Virus record (IMG/VR): IMGVR_UViG_3300028833_000069
DNA: 64,000 nt
Reading direction: 5' to 3' (one strand)
Source of the DNA: a virus
Lineage: Duplodnaviria > Heunggongvirae > Uroviricota > Caudoviricetes
Part shown: positions 38,244-47,349 of the stretch, piece by piece
Layout: each line of letters begins with the position of its first letter
Position numbering within the stretch: the first letter of the stretch is position 1
The notes under the pieces: generated by a model
Databases searched by the model: none
What the model was told of the DNA's origin: nothing
The model's input: the letters and a program-made list of their open reading frames with translations, nothing else
Made by a program: the position numbers and the translations under genes

Positions 38244-38578
38244 AATTCATAGTATCATTACAGAGCGTTGGAGATGTTATCACTAACAGTTCTTCTGAAG
38301 TATTTGTTATTGCAGGAGATGCTCATGATAAGAAACAAATAATCAATGTTTGTAAATCTTTTATTGAGCAGGAAGGTAGTTCTGGAATTGGTGGTGAATG
38401 TACAGTTAAACTTTTAGAAAGAAAAGAACTTCTTGCACATCCATACAGACATGGAATTACTGTTGAGAAATATAAAGGTTTACCTGGTCCATTTATAGTT
38501 ATAGATATTGATTGGAACAGAGAAATGTCTATAGAATGGATAAAAGGTCACTTTGATATAATTGAAACAATAGTATGA
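38230..38578 (+). CDS. paralog family member 2 (LQSVGDVITNSSSEVFVI)
   Basis: Track ORF 38189..38578. The likely start is MKFIVSLQ at 38230. Confidence 0.5.
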
Positions 38579-39009
38579 AATCTCTATTTATTATTCCTAT
38601 ACAAAGTGTATCTGATATAATAACAAACAGCTCTTCTGAAATGTTTGTTGCTATTGCACCAAAAGATAGTAATTATAGTGTTTTTATCATTGAAAAAATT
38701 CTTGAAGATATTCATAAAGAAGATCGAAAGAAGGTTGAAGATTATTACAAGTCCTGTAATAATTGGCAACAGACATTAGATTACATGGATACTACTAGAC
38801 TTGATTCTGGAAGTGGAGATGGTGGGGAATGTGACATTGAGGTACTCACATGGAAAGAAATTTCTCATTATATTAGAAAATGTAATAGGTCTAAATATGA
38901 TAAAAAGAATGGAGTTTATCTTAAAATTGAAATAGATCATAATAGAAAAAGGTCTATTGATTGGATAAGAAATAACTTAGATGTTGTTTATTTTGAAGAT
39001 CATTCATAA
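38575..39009 (+). CDS. paralog family member 3 (IQSVSDIITNSSSEMFVA)
   Basis: The C-terminus shares NR..SI.WI with member 2. Confidence 0.5.
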   Translation: MKSLFIIPIQSVSDIITNSSSEMFVAIAPKDSNYSVFIIEKILEDIHKEDRKKVEDYYKSCNNWQQTLDYMDTTRLDSGSGDGGECDIEVLTWKEISHYIRKCNRSKYDKKNGVYLKIEIDHNRKRSIDWIRNNLDVVYFEDHS

Positions 39010-39893
39010 TGAAAGACTTTACTCATTTTGGTGTTAAGCAAAGGAAATTTCCAGAATATAACTATAATGCTATATGGACTAATTTGAAAACAATAAGGTT
39101 AGGTAACGGCTATGCAAAAGAGCTACCACCTAATTGTGCAGAATTCTATGATGTTTCATTAGGTACTAAGTGTAATCTGGAATGTCCTTTCTGTTATACT
39201 AACGCTCTACATACTGGGGAGTTCTATAAAGATGTTTGTGAAAAAGCTAAAAGATTTTTTGGAATGATGTCTAACAATCAAAAGCCATTTCAAATAGCTA
39301 TTGGTAGTCAGGGAGAACCTACTATTCATCCAGAATTTATTGCTTTTTTACAGACTATTTATGAACTTAGGATTGTGCCTAACTATACTACTAATGGTAT
39401 TACTTTAGCTTCTGGTAATAAAGAGTTATTAGATGCTACAGAGAAGTACTGTGGTGGTGTAGCAGTATCTGCAAATACTTGGAATCCTACTATTAACAAT
39501 ATTTGGAAACAGGCAGTGGAAAACTTGATGAAGATTGATATAAATATCAATTTACATTATGTTATTTCAGACAAAGAATCTGTTGATAGGTTTATTAGGG
39601 AGGTATATCCATATGCAGATAATATTTTGTACTTTGTATTACTTCCCTTGATGAATTCAGGAAGAAGTACAAGTAAATACACAGAGGATGCTTTTGAGTA
39701 TCTTCTTTCAAAAGATTTAGATTGGTCTAAAATTGCTTTTGGTGCTCATTTCTATGACTTACTTAAAAAGCAAGATAAACTTAAATGCTGGTTATACCCA
39801 CCTGAAAGTTTGTCAAAAAATCTAATTCTTGGTGATAAAATAACAATAACAAAGAGTTCTTTTCATAAAGAACCTATTTGGCAAGAAGAATGA
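39009..39893 (+). CDS. radical SAM protein
   Basis: CNLECPFC (C-x3-C-x2-C) cluster near the N-terminus. 294 aa. Confidence 0.55.
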   Translation: MKDFTHFGVKQRKFPEYNYNAIWTNLKTIRLGNGYAKELPPNCAEFYDVSLGTKCNLECPFCYTNALHTGEFYKDVCEKAKRFFGMMSNNQKPFQIAIGSQGEPTIHPEFIAFLQTIYELRIVPNYTTNGITLASGNKELLDATEKYCGGVAVSANTWNPTINNIWKQAVENLMKIDININLHYVISDKESVDRFIREVYPYADNILYFVLLPLMNSGRSTSKYTEDAFEYLLSKDLDWSKIAFGAHFYDLLKKQDKLKCWLYPPESLSKNLILGDKITITKSSFHKEPIWQEE

Positions 39894-40717
39894 AATATAA
39901 TTTTAAAGCAAAAGAAACTACTGAAGGTATTATTGCATTCATAAAAGCATGGTTTGATCAAAATGGACCAGGATGTAATGCAGTAGTTGGTATTTCTGGA
40001 GGTAAAGATTCTACTATTGTAGCAAAACTTTGTGTTGAAGCTCTTGGTAGTGACAGAGTTATAGGAGTAATGCTTCCTAATAATCATCAACATGATTTAG
40101 ATGTTGCTAAAGAAGTATGTCAGTATTTAGGTATTAAAAGCCATTTAATTGACATTGCAAGCACTTTTGAAGATGTTAGATGTAGTATTGAGGATGAGAC
40201 TAAAAAGTCACTCTCAGAACAAGCTCTGACTAATCTTGCACCTAGAATCAGAATGACTTATCTTAGAGCATATGCACAGTGTTTTAATGGTAGACTGATC
40301 AACACTTCTAATCTTAGTGAAGATTGGGTTGGTTATGCAACTGTTGATGGTGACAGTGCAGGAGATATGTCTCCATTGTGTTTACTTACTGTACAAGAGG
40401 TAAAAGCAATTGGACATTATCTTGGTATACCTGATAAGTTTGTAGAGAAAGTTCCTGAAGATGGTCTTGTTGGTAAATCTGATGAAGACAATCTTGGTGT
40501 AACTTATGCTGCAATAGATAAGTGGATTAGAGAAGGTATTTGTGATGAAAAAGATCTTCAAGTAATTAACAAGAAATTCCAAGCAAATAAATTCAAGATT
40601 GTAAAGATGGCAGGTATGCCATGTTTCTGGCCTGAATATGATATGCTTTTTGAAGGAACTCCTGATAAGGAATTTGTTTCAAAACTTGGAATGGCACAAG
40701 ATCCTAGATTACAATGA
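39878..40717 (+). CDS. nadE: NH3-dependent NAD+ synthetase
   Basis: PP-loop VVGISGGKDSTIVAKL, then TRMTYLRAYA...GTSN-like and GDMSPLCLLTVQEV segments as in NadE. Confidence 0.7.
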   Translation: MARRMKYNFKAKETTEGIIAFIKAWFDQNGPGCNAVVGISGGKDSTIVAKLCVEALGSDRVIGVMLPNNHQHDLDVAKEVCQYLGIKSHLIDIASTFEDVRCSIEDETKKSLSEQALTNLAPRIRMTYLRAYAQCFNGRLINTSNLSEDWVGYATVDGDSAGDMSPLCLLTVQEVKAIGHYLGIPDKFVEKVPEDGLVGKSDEDNLGVTYAAIDKWIREGICDEKDLQVINKKFQANKFKIVKMAGMPCFWPEYDMLFEGTPDKEFVSKLGMAQDPRLQ

Positions 40718-41259
40718 AAAAAGTTCTTATTATAATTGATTGCCAAAATGACTTCTGTAAAGAAGGTGGTGCTCTTGCAAATAAAGAATGTATTGGAGCA
40801 GTAGATAATCTTTGTAAAGATTTTAACAAAATCTGGGAAAAAGATATGACTGTTCTTGTTACAAGAGATACTCATCAAAGGAAATCTTATTTTGGAACTG
40901 TTGAAGGTAAACATTTACCAATTCTTCATTGTGTTCAAGATAGTGCAGGTTGGTGTTTAAGAGATGATCTTGCTGCTAAGCTTGATACACTTGGAGTTAA
41001 TTACACATATATTGACAAACCTACATTTGGATTTGATAGTTGGAAAGGTATTATTGGTGTTGTACCTTTTGACGGAATGGAAATTCATATTGTTGGAGTT
41101 TGTACTGATATTTGTGTAGTAACAAATGCTTTACTTTTGAAGACAGCATATCCTAGTGCAGAAGTATATGTACATACAGATTATACTGCTGGTACATCTA
41201 TTGAAGCACATACAGCTGCTATTAAGACAATGAAAAGTTGTCACATTAACTGTATATGA
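40714..41259 (+). CDS. pncA: nicotinamidase (isochorismatase family)
   Basis: LIIIDCQNDFC...GG, TRDTH and the catalytic Cys segment VGVCTDICV align with PncA. Confidence 0.65.
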   Translation: MKKVLIIIDCQNDFCKEGGALANKECIGAVDNLCKDFNKIWEKDMTVLVTRDTHQRKSYFGTVEGKHLPILHCVQDSAGWCLRDDLAAKLDTLGVNYTYIDKPTFGFDSWKGIIGVVPFDGMEIHIVGVCTDICVVTNALLLKTAYPSAEVYVHTDYTAGTSIEAHTAAIKTMKSCHINCI

Positions 41260-41450
41260 GTGATAAAGTAAATAATGGTTGCACAGTGAGCTTAACACCA
41301 TTTATGCTAATTTTCATTCTATTCTTTATAGCTAAATGCTTTAAGTTAATAGAATGGAGTTGGTGGTGGGTGTTTAGCCCATTGTGGATACCTACACTTA
41401 TTCTTCTTGTAATATTTATAGTTTACATACTATTAAAATGCTTTCTGTAA
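41256..41450 (+). CDS. small membrane protein
   Basis: 64-aa hydrophobic ORF. Confidence 0.3.
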   Translation: MSDKVNNGCTVSLTPFMLIFILFFIAKCFKLIEWSWWWVFSPLWIPTLILLVIFIVYILLKCFL

Positions 41451-42271
41451 ATAACATACCTGTAAAGGTTGAGCATTTCCAAGATAATACACAAAAAATT
41501 AACTTACCTGAATTTGAAAGTAATGTTTTCAATATTAAATGGAAATATTCAAATGATGAAGAGTTAGTTACACTTGTATATATTTGTGGTTATCTTAGAG
41601 ATAATTATCAAGATTGTACAATAACCTTGGAAATGTTATATGTTCCTAATGCCAGAATGGATAGAGTAGAAGAAAGAGGTGATGTATTTACCTTAAAGTA
41701 TTTCTGCAATATTATTAACAGTTTACAATTTGAAAGTGTAACAGTATTTGATACTCATTCAAAAGTAACTGATGCTCTGGTAGATAGGATGAACAAAATA
41801 TCTACTGAAGAACTATTACAAAAAGTACTTGACATTATACATGTTGGCTATTTTGATAATAAGTTTAAAAGTATGACTATAGTATTCCCTGATAGAGGTG
41901 CTTATGATAGATACAGTACTCTTGAAATTCTTAAACCTTTTAGAAAGATTATAGGAAATAAGTCAAGAGACTGGAAAACAGGCACTTTGCAAGATCAGGA
42001 GTTATATGGAGTAGATAATTTAGAAACAGGAGTTCCTGTACTAATTATTGATGACATATTATCTTCTGGTGGAACTGTTTGTAAAACAATTGCAAATATT
42101 AGGGAAGTTGTTAACTGCCCAATTTATGTATATGTTTCTCACTGTGAAAATAAGCTTATAGAAAATGATACAGAAAATTGGGAATACATACAGAAAAATG
42201 TAAATAAGTTATACACAACTAATGGGATTTACTCATGTGATTGTGAAAAAATTCAAAAAATTGTATGGTAA
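41438..42271 (+). CDS. PRPP-synthetase-like phosphoribosyltransferase (divergent Prs; alternatively an ADP-ribose pyrophosphokinase-like enzyme)
   Basis: YVPNARMDRVEERGD (compare Prs PYFGYARQDR), FDTHS (compare DLHA) and the PRPP-binding loop VLIIDDILSSGGT. The track ORF begins at 41384. Confidence 0.55.
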   Translation: MLSVNNIPVKVEHFQDNTQKINLPEFESNVFNIKWKYSNDEELVTLVYICGYLRDNYQDCTITLEMLYVPNARMDRVEERGDVFTLKYFCNIINSLQFESVTVFDTHSKVTDALVDRMNKISTEELLQKVLDIIHVGYFDNKFKSMTIVFPDRGAYDRYSTLEILKPFRKIIGNKSRDWKTGTLQDQELYGVDNLETGVPVLIIDDILSSGGTVCKTIANIREVVNCPIYVYVSHCENKLIENDTENWEYIQKNVNKLYTTNGIYSCDCEKIQKIVW

Positions 42272-43446
42272 ATGTAAATACTGCAAGTATGTTGGATAAT
42301 GATCTCTATAAGTTTAGCATGAGCTATGCTTATATGAAATTATTTCCAGAAGCAGAAGGTACATTTGAATTCTGTGATAGAAATAAAACAGTTTATACAA
42401 GTGAGTTTGTTCAAGCTCTTTCCTCAGAGCTGCATAAACTTGCTGAAAGAATGTTACTGTCAACAGAAAGAAGTTGGTGTGTTAAACACATACAGTATAT
42501 TCCTGAGTGGTATTGGGAATGGTTAGAATCTTTCTATTTCAATCCTAATCTTATTAAGGTCTCTCTTACTAAGGAAGGAATGTTGAATATAGCAGTAACT
42601 GATAAACTGTATAAGGTAACTTTGTATGAAGTACCAATTCTATACACAGTAGCAGAACTCTGCTATAAATTTTCTGGTACAGAATTGTCTCATGAGCAAT
42701 TCAAAGAGATAATTAGTAAGACAGAGAGTAAATGTAAGATTGCTGATGAAGCAGAAATGTTTTTCTCTGAATTTGGTACTAGAAGAAGATTCAGTTATGA
42801 AGTACAAGACATTGTAATTAAAACTTGTAAGAGTTGTTCTCACTGTGTTGGTACTTCTAATGTACATTTTGCAATGAAATATGACATGAAGCCTATTGGT
42901 ACTGTTGCACATGAGTGGGTTATGTTCCACGGTGCAATGTATGGCTACAATGAGGCTAATTACATGGCATATAAGAATTGGGTAAAGGTTTATGATGGTA
43001 ATCTTGGTATTGCCTTAACTGATACCTATACCTCTGATGTCTTTTTCAAGAATTTTTCTTTACAACATGCAAAATTGTTTGATGGTATAAGACAAGATTC
43101 TGGTGATGAAAAAGAATTTGTAGAGAAAGCTTTAGTAAAGTATAACGAGTTGGGAATCAATCCACTTACTAAAACTATTGTTTTCTCAAATGCTCTTGAT
43201 TTCCCAAAAGCTGCAACTATAGCAGAATACTGTAAAGGAAAGATAAAAGCTTCCTTTGGTATTGGTACAAATCTGACTAATGATATTGATGGTATAAAAC
43301 CACAAAATATTGTTATGAAACTTATGCAATGCAGAATGAACAACAAACAAAGTTGGATGCATTGTGTAAAAATTTCAGATGATAAAGGTAAGGTAATGGG
43401 AAATCCTGATGAAATTAAAACTGCCTTTTACAAATTAGGTCTATGA
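42265..43446 (+). CDS. pncB: nicotinate phosphoribosyltransferase
   Basis: Collinear with E. coli PncB: LDNDLYKFSM, FGTRRRFSYEVQD, VGTSN, GTVAHEW, LGIALTD, RQDSGDE, VFSNALD, SFGIGT, KPQNIVMKL. Confidence 0.75.
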   Translation: MVNVNTASMLDNDLYKFSMSYAYMKLFPEAEGTFEFCDRNKTVYTSEFVQALSSELHKLAERMLLSTERSWCVKHIQYIPEWYWEWLESFYFNPNLIKVSLTKEGMLNIAVTDKLYKVTLYEVPILYTVAELCYKFSGTELSHEQFKEIISKTESKCKIADEAEMFFSEFGTRRRFSYEVQDIVIKTCKSCSHCVGTSNVHFAMKYDMKPIGTVAHEWVMFHGAMYGYNEANYMAYKNWVKVYDGNLGIALTDTYTSDVFFKNFSLQHAKLFDGIRQDSGDEKEFVEKALVKYNELGINPLTKTIVFSNALDFPKAATIAEYCKGKIKASFGIGTNLTNDIDGIKPQNIVMKLMQCRMNNKQSWMHCVKISDDKGKVMGNPDEIKTAFYKLGL

Positions 43447-43928
43447 AAAATTTTCCAGTAGATTATGAAGGAAAAACCTACTGGATTAGTAGGTCTGTAG
43501 CTGTTGCAGGTTTCATCTTTAGAAAAGATAATAATGGTAATTTACTAGTACTTGCTAACAAAAGAGGACCAGGTTGTCCTGATAATGTTGGCAAGTGGGT
43601 ATGCCCATGTGGTTATCTTGACTATGGAGAAACCCTCAAGCAAGCTATTGTAAGAGAAATCCATGAAGAAACAGGAGTAACTATCCCAATAAGTATATTG
43701 AGACTGGTTAGAATTGATGATGTACCAGAAGGTAGACAAAATGTAACAATTGAGTTTATTGCTGATGCAGGTGTCTTAACTCCTGAATGTGTTGCTTTAT
43801 CTAAAGAATTCTGTGAAAAGGATGAAGTAGATGAAGTTATGTGGATGCCAGTAGCTAACATAGATGAGTATGAATGGGCATTTAATCATGATAAACTTAT
43901 TAAAGATTTTCAATGTTACCTAAAGTAG
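43443..43928 (+). CDS. Nudix hydrolase
   Basis: Nudix box GYLDYGETLKQAIVREIHEETGV. The gene ends on TAG at 43926-43928. Confidence 0.65.
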   Translation: MKNFPVDYEGKTYWISRSVAVAGFIFRKDNNGNLLVLANKRGPGCPDNVGKWVCPCGYLDYGETLKQAIVREIHEETGVTIPISILRLVRIDDVPEGRQNVTIEFIADAGVLTPECVALSKEFCEKDEVDEVMWMPVANIDEYEWAFNHDKLIKDFQCYLK

Positions 43929-44503
43929 CTCACCTATTTTTAACAGCAAAATGTTCAAATAATTGTCCAAAATGCTGTAACAACAATTACACTGTAGATG
44001 AGATTCCTTTCTTAACAGAAGAGGAATTCTCTACAGTGGAAACTGTTTGTTTAACAGGAGGAGAACCATTCCTTCTTGACAACCTAGAAGAAATAGTAAA
44101 TGTTATAAGACCACATGTCAGAAACATTTATGTATACACTTCAGGTACTGAATTATTATCTTATCTAGGAAAGCATGAGCTTCCCTTCATAAACGGCATT
44201 TCCTTTAGTCCTAAGAGCAGAAAAGATTGGGATAGTATAACTACACTAACCAAAAATATTATGCTCTTAAAAAGGATTTCTGAAAAGGATAATAGATTGT
44301 ATATATTCTTAAAACAAGAAGATAGAGCAAACTATACATTGGATCGTTTTGGTCCAAGACTAAGAACAATTGAGTATTTAGCAGATGCACTGAATGCTAA
44401 AATGTATTTTAGGACTTGGCTAGATGAGATAACTTCTCCTGATGGAGAAATCTTTAGAAGAATTAACTTAGAAGACATGAAGAAATGGAAAAAGAAAGAA
44501 TAG
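43913..44503 (+). CDS. small radical SAM protein (activase/QueE-like size)
   Basis: CSNNCPKC cluster and LTGGEPFL. 196 aa. Confidence 0.5.
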   Translation: MLPKVAHLFLTAKCSNNCPKCCNNNYTVDEIPFLTEEEFSTVETVCLTGGEPFLLDNLEEIVNVIRPHVRNIYVYTSGTELLSYLGKHELPFINGISFSPKSRKDWDSITTLTKNIMLLKRISEKDNRLYIFLKQEDRANYTLDRFGPRLRTIEYLADALNAKMYFRTWLDEITSPDGEIFRRINLEDMKKWKKKE

Positions 44504-45108
44504 CAATTTTTGGAGGTTCTTTTAATCCAATTCATAAGGGACATCTTGACATAATTAGCGCTCTTACTAATAGGATGTGCTTTATGGGTTCTTATTATTC
44601 AGAAGTTTGGGTAAGTGTTACACCACAAAACCCATTAAAACCTGAATCAGGTAATTTCTGGGATAGATTTAAGATGGTAAAAGATGCTCTAAATGATAGA
44701 TTCACTGGAAATGCTACATTTAAATATGTTGTTCCTACTTTTATCCAAGGTTGTACAAATCTAATCTTTATGTCTAATACTCTTAGAACTTTGAAAGAAG
44801 TTTATCCAGAGTATGAGTTTGAGCTTGTAATAGGAGCTGATTGTTTAGAGAGTTTTAATAAATGGCATGATTACCAGTATATTATTGATAATTTTGATAT
44901 TGTTATTATTGATCGAGAAGGTTATGTAACAGAAGTACCTAGTTATTTTAATAAAAGTAGAGTAACTCATTTAAAACTTAATAATACAATTAGTTCCACA
45001 CAAGTAAGAAATCTTATTAAAGAGAATAATCCTGAATGGGAAAAATTAGTTGTATCTTCAACAGTAAAAACAATTAAAGATAAAAAGCTATATGAATATA
45101 GTAAATAA
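44485..45108 (+). CDS. nadD: nicotinate-nucleotide adenylyltransferase
   Basis: IAIFGGSFNPIHKGHL is the (H/T)xGH nucleotidyltransferase motif at a NadD-like position. 207 aa. Confidence 0.65.
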   Translation: MEKERIAIFGGSFNPIHKGHLDIISALTNRMCFMGSYYSEVWVSVTPQNPLKPESGNFWDRFKMVKDALNDRFTGNATFKYVVPTFIQGCTNLIFMSNTLRTLKEVYPEYEFELVIGADCLESFNKWHDYQYIIDNFDIVIIDREGYVTEVPSYFNKSRVTHLKLNNTISSTQVRNLIKENNPEWEKLVVSSTVKTIKDKKLYEYSK

Positions 45109-45589
45109 AACAGGTAATTTATTAGATGCTACTACAGACATTATTATGCATCAAGTCAATGATGCAGGTGTAATGGGAAGTGGTGTTGCAGCAGCAATTG
45201 CTCATAAGTGGCCTTATGTGCAACAACAATACACAGTTGCTCAACAGCAAGGGCATCTTAAATTAGGAGAAATCATTATGTCTTGCACAAGTGAGTTTCC
45301 TGATAGTAAATGTCACCCATTAGTAGCTAATTTATGTGCTCAAGATTTGTATCAGAGAGAACACTCTTTCTTGAGTACAGGTATTCCTACAAGCTATGAT
45401 GCTTTGTGGATGTGTCTAACTAAACTTGCAAGATATTGTAAAGAGAATGGTTTTAGTACTATTGCTATGCCATATCTTATGAGTTCTTGTAGAGGTGGTG
45501 CTAATTGGAATGTAGTAATTACTATGGTTCAAGAAGCTTTTTATGATTTAGAAGGTACAATCGAGGTTTGGCAGTTGCCAGCCCACTAA
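45092..45589 (+). CDS. macro domain (ADP-ribose binding/processing) protein
   Basis: GNLLDATTDIIMHQVNDAGVMGSGVAAAI matches the macro-domain signature. Confidence 0.6.
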   Translation: MNIVNKTGNLLDATTDIIMHQVNDAGVMGSGVAAAIAHKWPYVQQQYTVAQQQGHLKLGEIIMSCTSEFPDSKCHPLVANLCAQDLYQREHSFLSTGIPTSYDALWMCLTKLARYCKENGFSTIAMPYLMSSCRGGANWNVVITMVQEAFYDLEGTIEVWQLPAH

Positions 45590-45867
45590 ACATATATTTT
45601 ATGATAACCATCAAAGTTGTATTTGTTCAGCAACCTTTATCTGAACAGGAAGCCTCGCGGTTAAGAAACTATACTTTTGCAGTTGAAACTGTTGCTGGAA
45701 TGGAACTACATGTGGGTGATTGTCTACAAACAGAAAGATATAGTTCCCTTCTACAAGTTCGAGAAGTAATAAATGAGCAGTATGAGTACTATAGTCCTGT
45801 TACAGGTGAATTGAGCAGAGAAGCTAGACCTGGTTACTTGCAGCTCAAACTGCTAAAAGTACATTGA
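45568..45867 (+). CDS. hypothetical protein
   Basis: Track ORF with slightly GC-richer codons. Confidence 0.35.
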   Translation: MAVASPLNIYFMITIKVVFVQQPLSEQEASRLRNYTFAVETVAGMELHVGDCLQTERYSSLLQVREVINEQYEYYSPVTGELSREARPGYLQLKLLKVH

Positions 45868-46421
45868 CATGTTGAAAAAAGAAGACATGCATTGTTATGC
45901 ATGTTGACATTGTTAACAGGTTCATAGCCTTTCCTTATGGAAACAAGCAAATATGAACCAGCCCTAGAGGTTGCACCTTGTTACAAGGTAAAGAAATAAT
46001 TGTAACTACTGCATCTCCTAGCAGGAAAACATAATTTACATTTTTTGGTTCCTTTATATAAGTTATTCATCTTTCTCAATCATGAAAGGTAGCTCTTATG
46101 TAAATACCCAGGAGTCCTGGTAGAGTTTAAAAGAACAAGTAGCCTTGTAGTTCCTACCAAATGAAACAAATCCATAGTCCCAATAGTACCTAATTTATTA
46201 GCGGGGTAAGCAAATAATGTATGACTATGAGAATATAAGGTAACTCATTACTGGCAATAATGAAGTTTGTTTAATGAAAGCTAAATTGTTATAAGTGTAT
46301 CTCCAGATTTATTAAAAAGTAAAGGCTGTGTTGATGTTCGGGAAGAGAACTACAGTACAGGGATATGCTACTAGAAGTGCAGTTATGCTTCTGCTTAACT
46401 TCTAGAATAACAATTTTATGG
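45868..46421. ncRNA. ORF-free hairpin-rich region upstream of tRNA-Trp (candidate structured RNA)
   Basis: About 550 nt with no track ORF. Palindrome CATGCATTGTTATGCATG and several 6-9 bp hairpins. Confidence 0.2.
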
Positions 46422-46494
46422 GTAGGTGTAACTCAATTGGTAGAGTGCTGGTCTCCAAAACCAGATGTTGTGGGTTCGATTCCTGCCACCTATG
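46422..46494 (+). tRNA. tRNA-Trp(CCA)
   Basis: Acceptor GTAGGTG/CACCTAT, D-arm ACTC-AATTGGTA-GAGT, anticodon stem CTGGT/ACCAG, loop CTCCAAA, T-loop TTCGATT. Confidence 0.65.
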
Positions 46495-46515
46495 CTAATA
46501 TAAAACAATAAAAAC

Positions 46516-46929
46516 ATGTGTGTAGTAGATGAAAAGAAATTTAGAATCAGTTTAAAAAGAATTCCTATTTATAAAGTTGTTTTAGATGCAGGAGATGCAT
46601 ATAAATCACCATTTCATGGGCAATGCTTTAAAAAGGAATTTCCAATTACTCAACATCCTCAACAAGAAGGTGAACCTAAATACTATCCTGGATATGGATT
46701 TGAGTTTGGTAAAGGATTTGTATTTGCAACTTGTTCTCTTGGAGCTGCTTTTGAAGTTGTGCATCATCTTCATGTTTCATCTGAATATTCTAGAGAAAAG
46801 TTTAGTTGTGTAATACTAGAAGGATATATTCCAGCATTTACAAGATATGCTATAAGTACTTCTAGGCATAATATGTTTATTTGTGCAAGAAAAATTGTTT
46901 TAACTAAAGCTATAACTTATAATTTATGA
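46516..46929 (+). CDS. hypothetical protein
   Basis: Track ORF. Confidence 0.4.
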   Translation: MCVVDEKKFRISLKRIPIYKVVLDAGDAYKSPFHGQCFKKEFPITQHPQQEGEPKYYPGYGFEFGKGFVFATCSLGAAFEVVHHLHVSSEYSREKFSCVILEGYIPAFTRYAISTSRHNMFICARKIVLTKAITYNL

Positions 46930-47255
46930 ATATCTATTGGTTGAAAAAGCTTCGTGGAGAAGCTAATAGAAAAATTCAAGCCTGTTTTGATAATGGCTAT
47001 ATTAAGATAATCAAGAAACTTGATAATGATAAACATGAGGATCTCACTTGTTCAGATGGTTATTATAGAAATCCAACATATATGTGGAATGGAGGTTATT
47101 CATATAGTAGGGTTCAAATAAAACCAGATGATATTGACTCTGTTAAAGATTATTTGATGATTGGAAGAAGACTGTATATATTAGATAGACTTAGGTATCT
47201 TAAAAACACTAGGAAAAATCAATATATACAAGAAACTCTTAATAAGTTAAATTAA
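46926..47255 (+). CDS. hypothetical protein
   Basis: Track ORF. Confidence 0.4.
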   Translation: MNIYWLKKLRGEANRKIQACFDNGYIKIIKKLDNDKHEDLTCSDGYYRNPTYMWNGGYSYSRVQIKPDDIDSVKDYLMIGRRLYILDRLRYLKNTRKNQYIQETLNKLN

Positions 47256-47263
47256 AAAATGAT

Positions 47264-47334
47264 TGTCCTTTAGTATAATGGTATTACACCTGATTTTGGT
47301 TCAGAGAATAGGGGTTCGATTCCTCTAAGGACAA
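47264..47334 (+). tRNA. tRNA-Gln(UUG)
   Basis: Perfect acceptor TGTCCTT/AAGGACA, D-arm GTAT-AATGGTA-TTAC, anticodon loop TTTTGGT, T-arm AGGGG-TTCGATT-CCTCT. Confidence 0.55.
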
Positions 47335-47349
47335 CTAAAATGTTTACAT

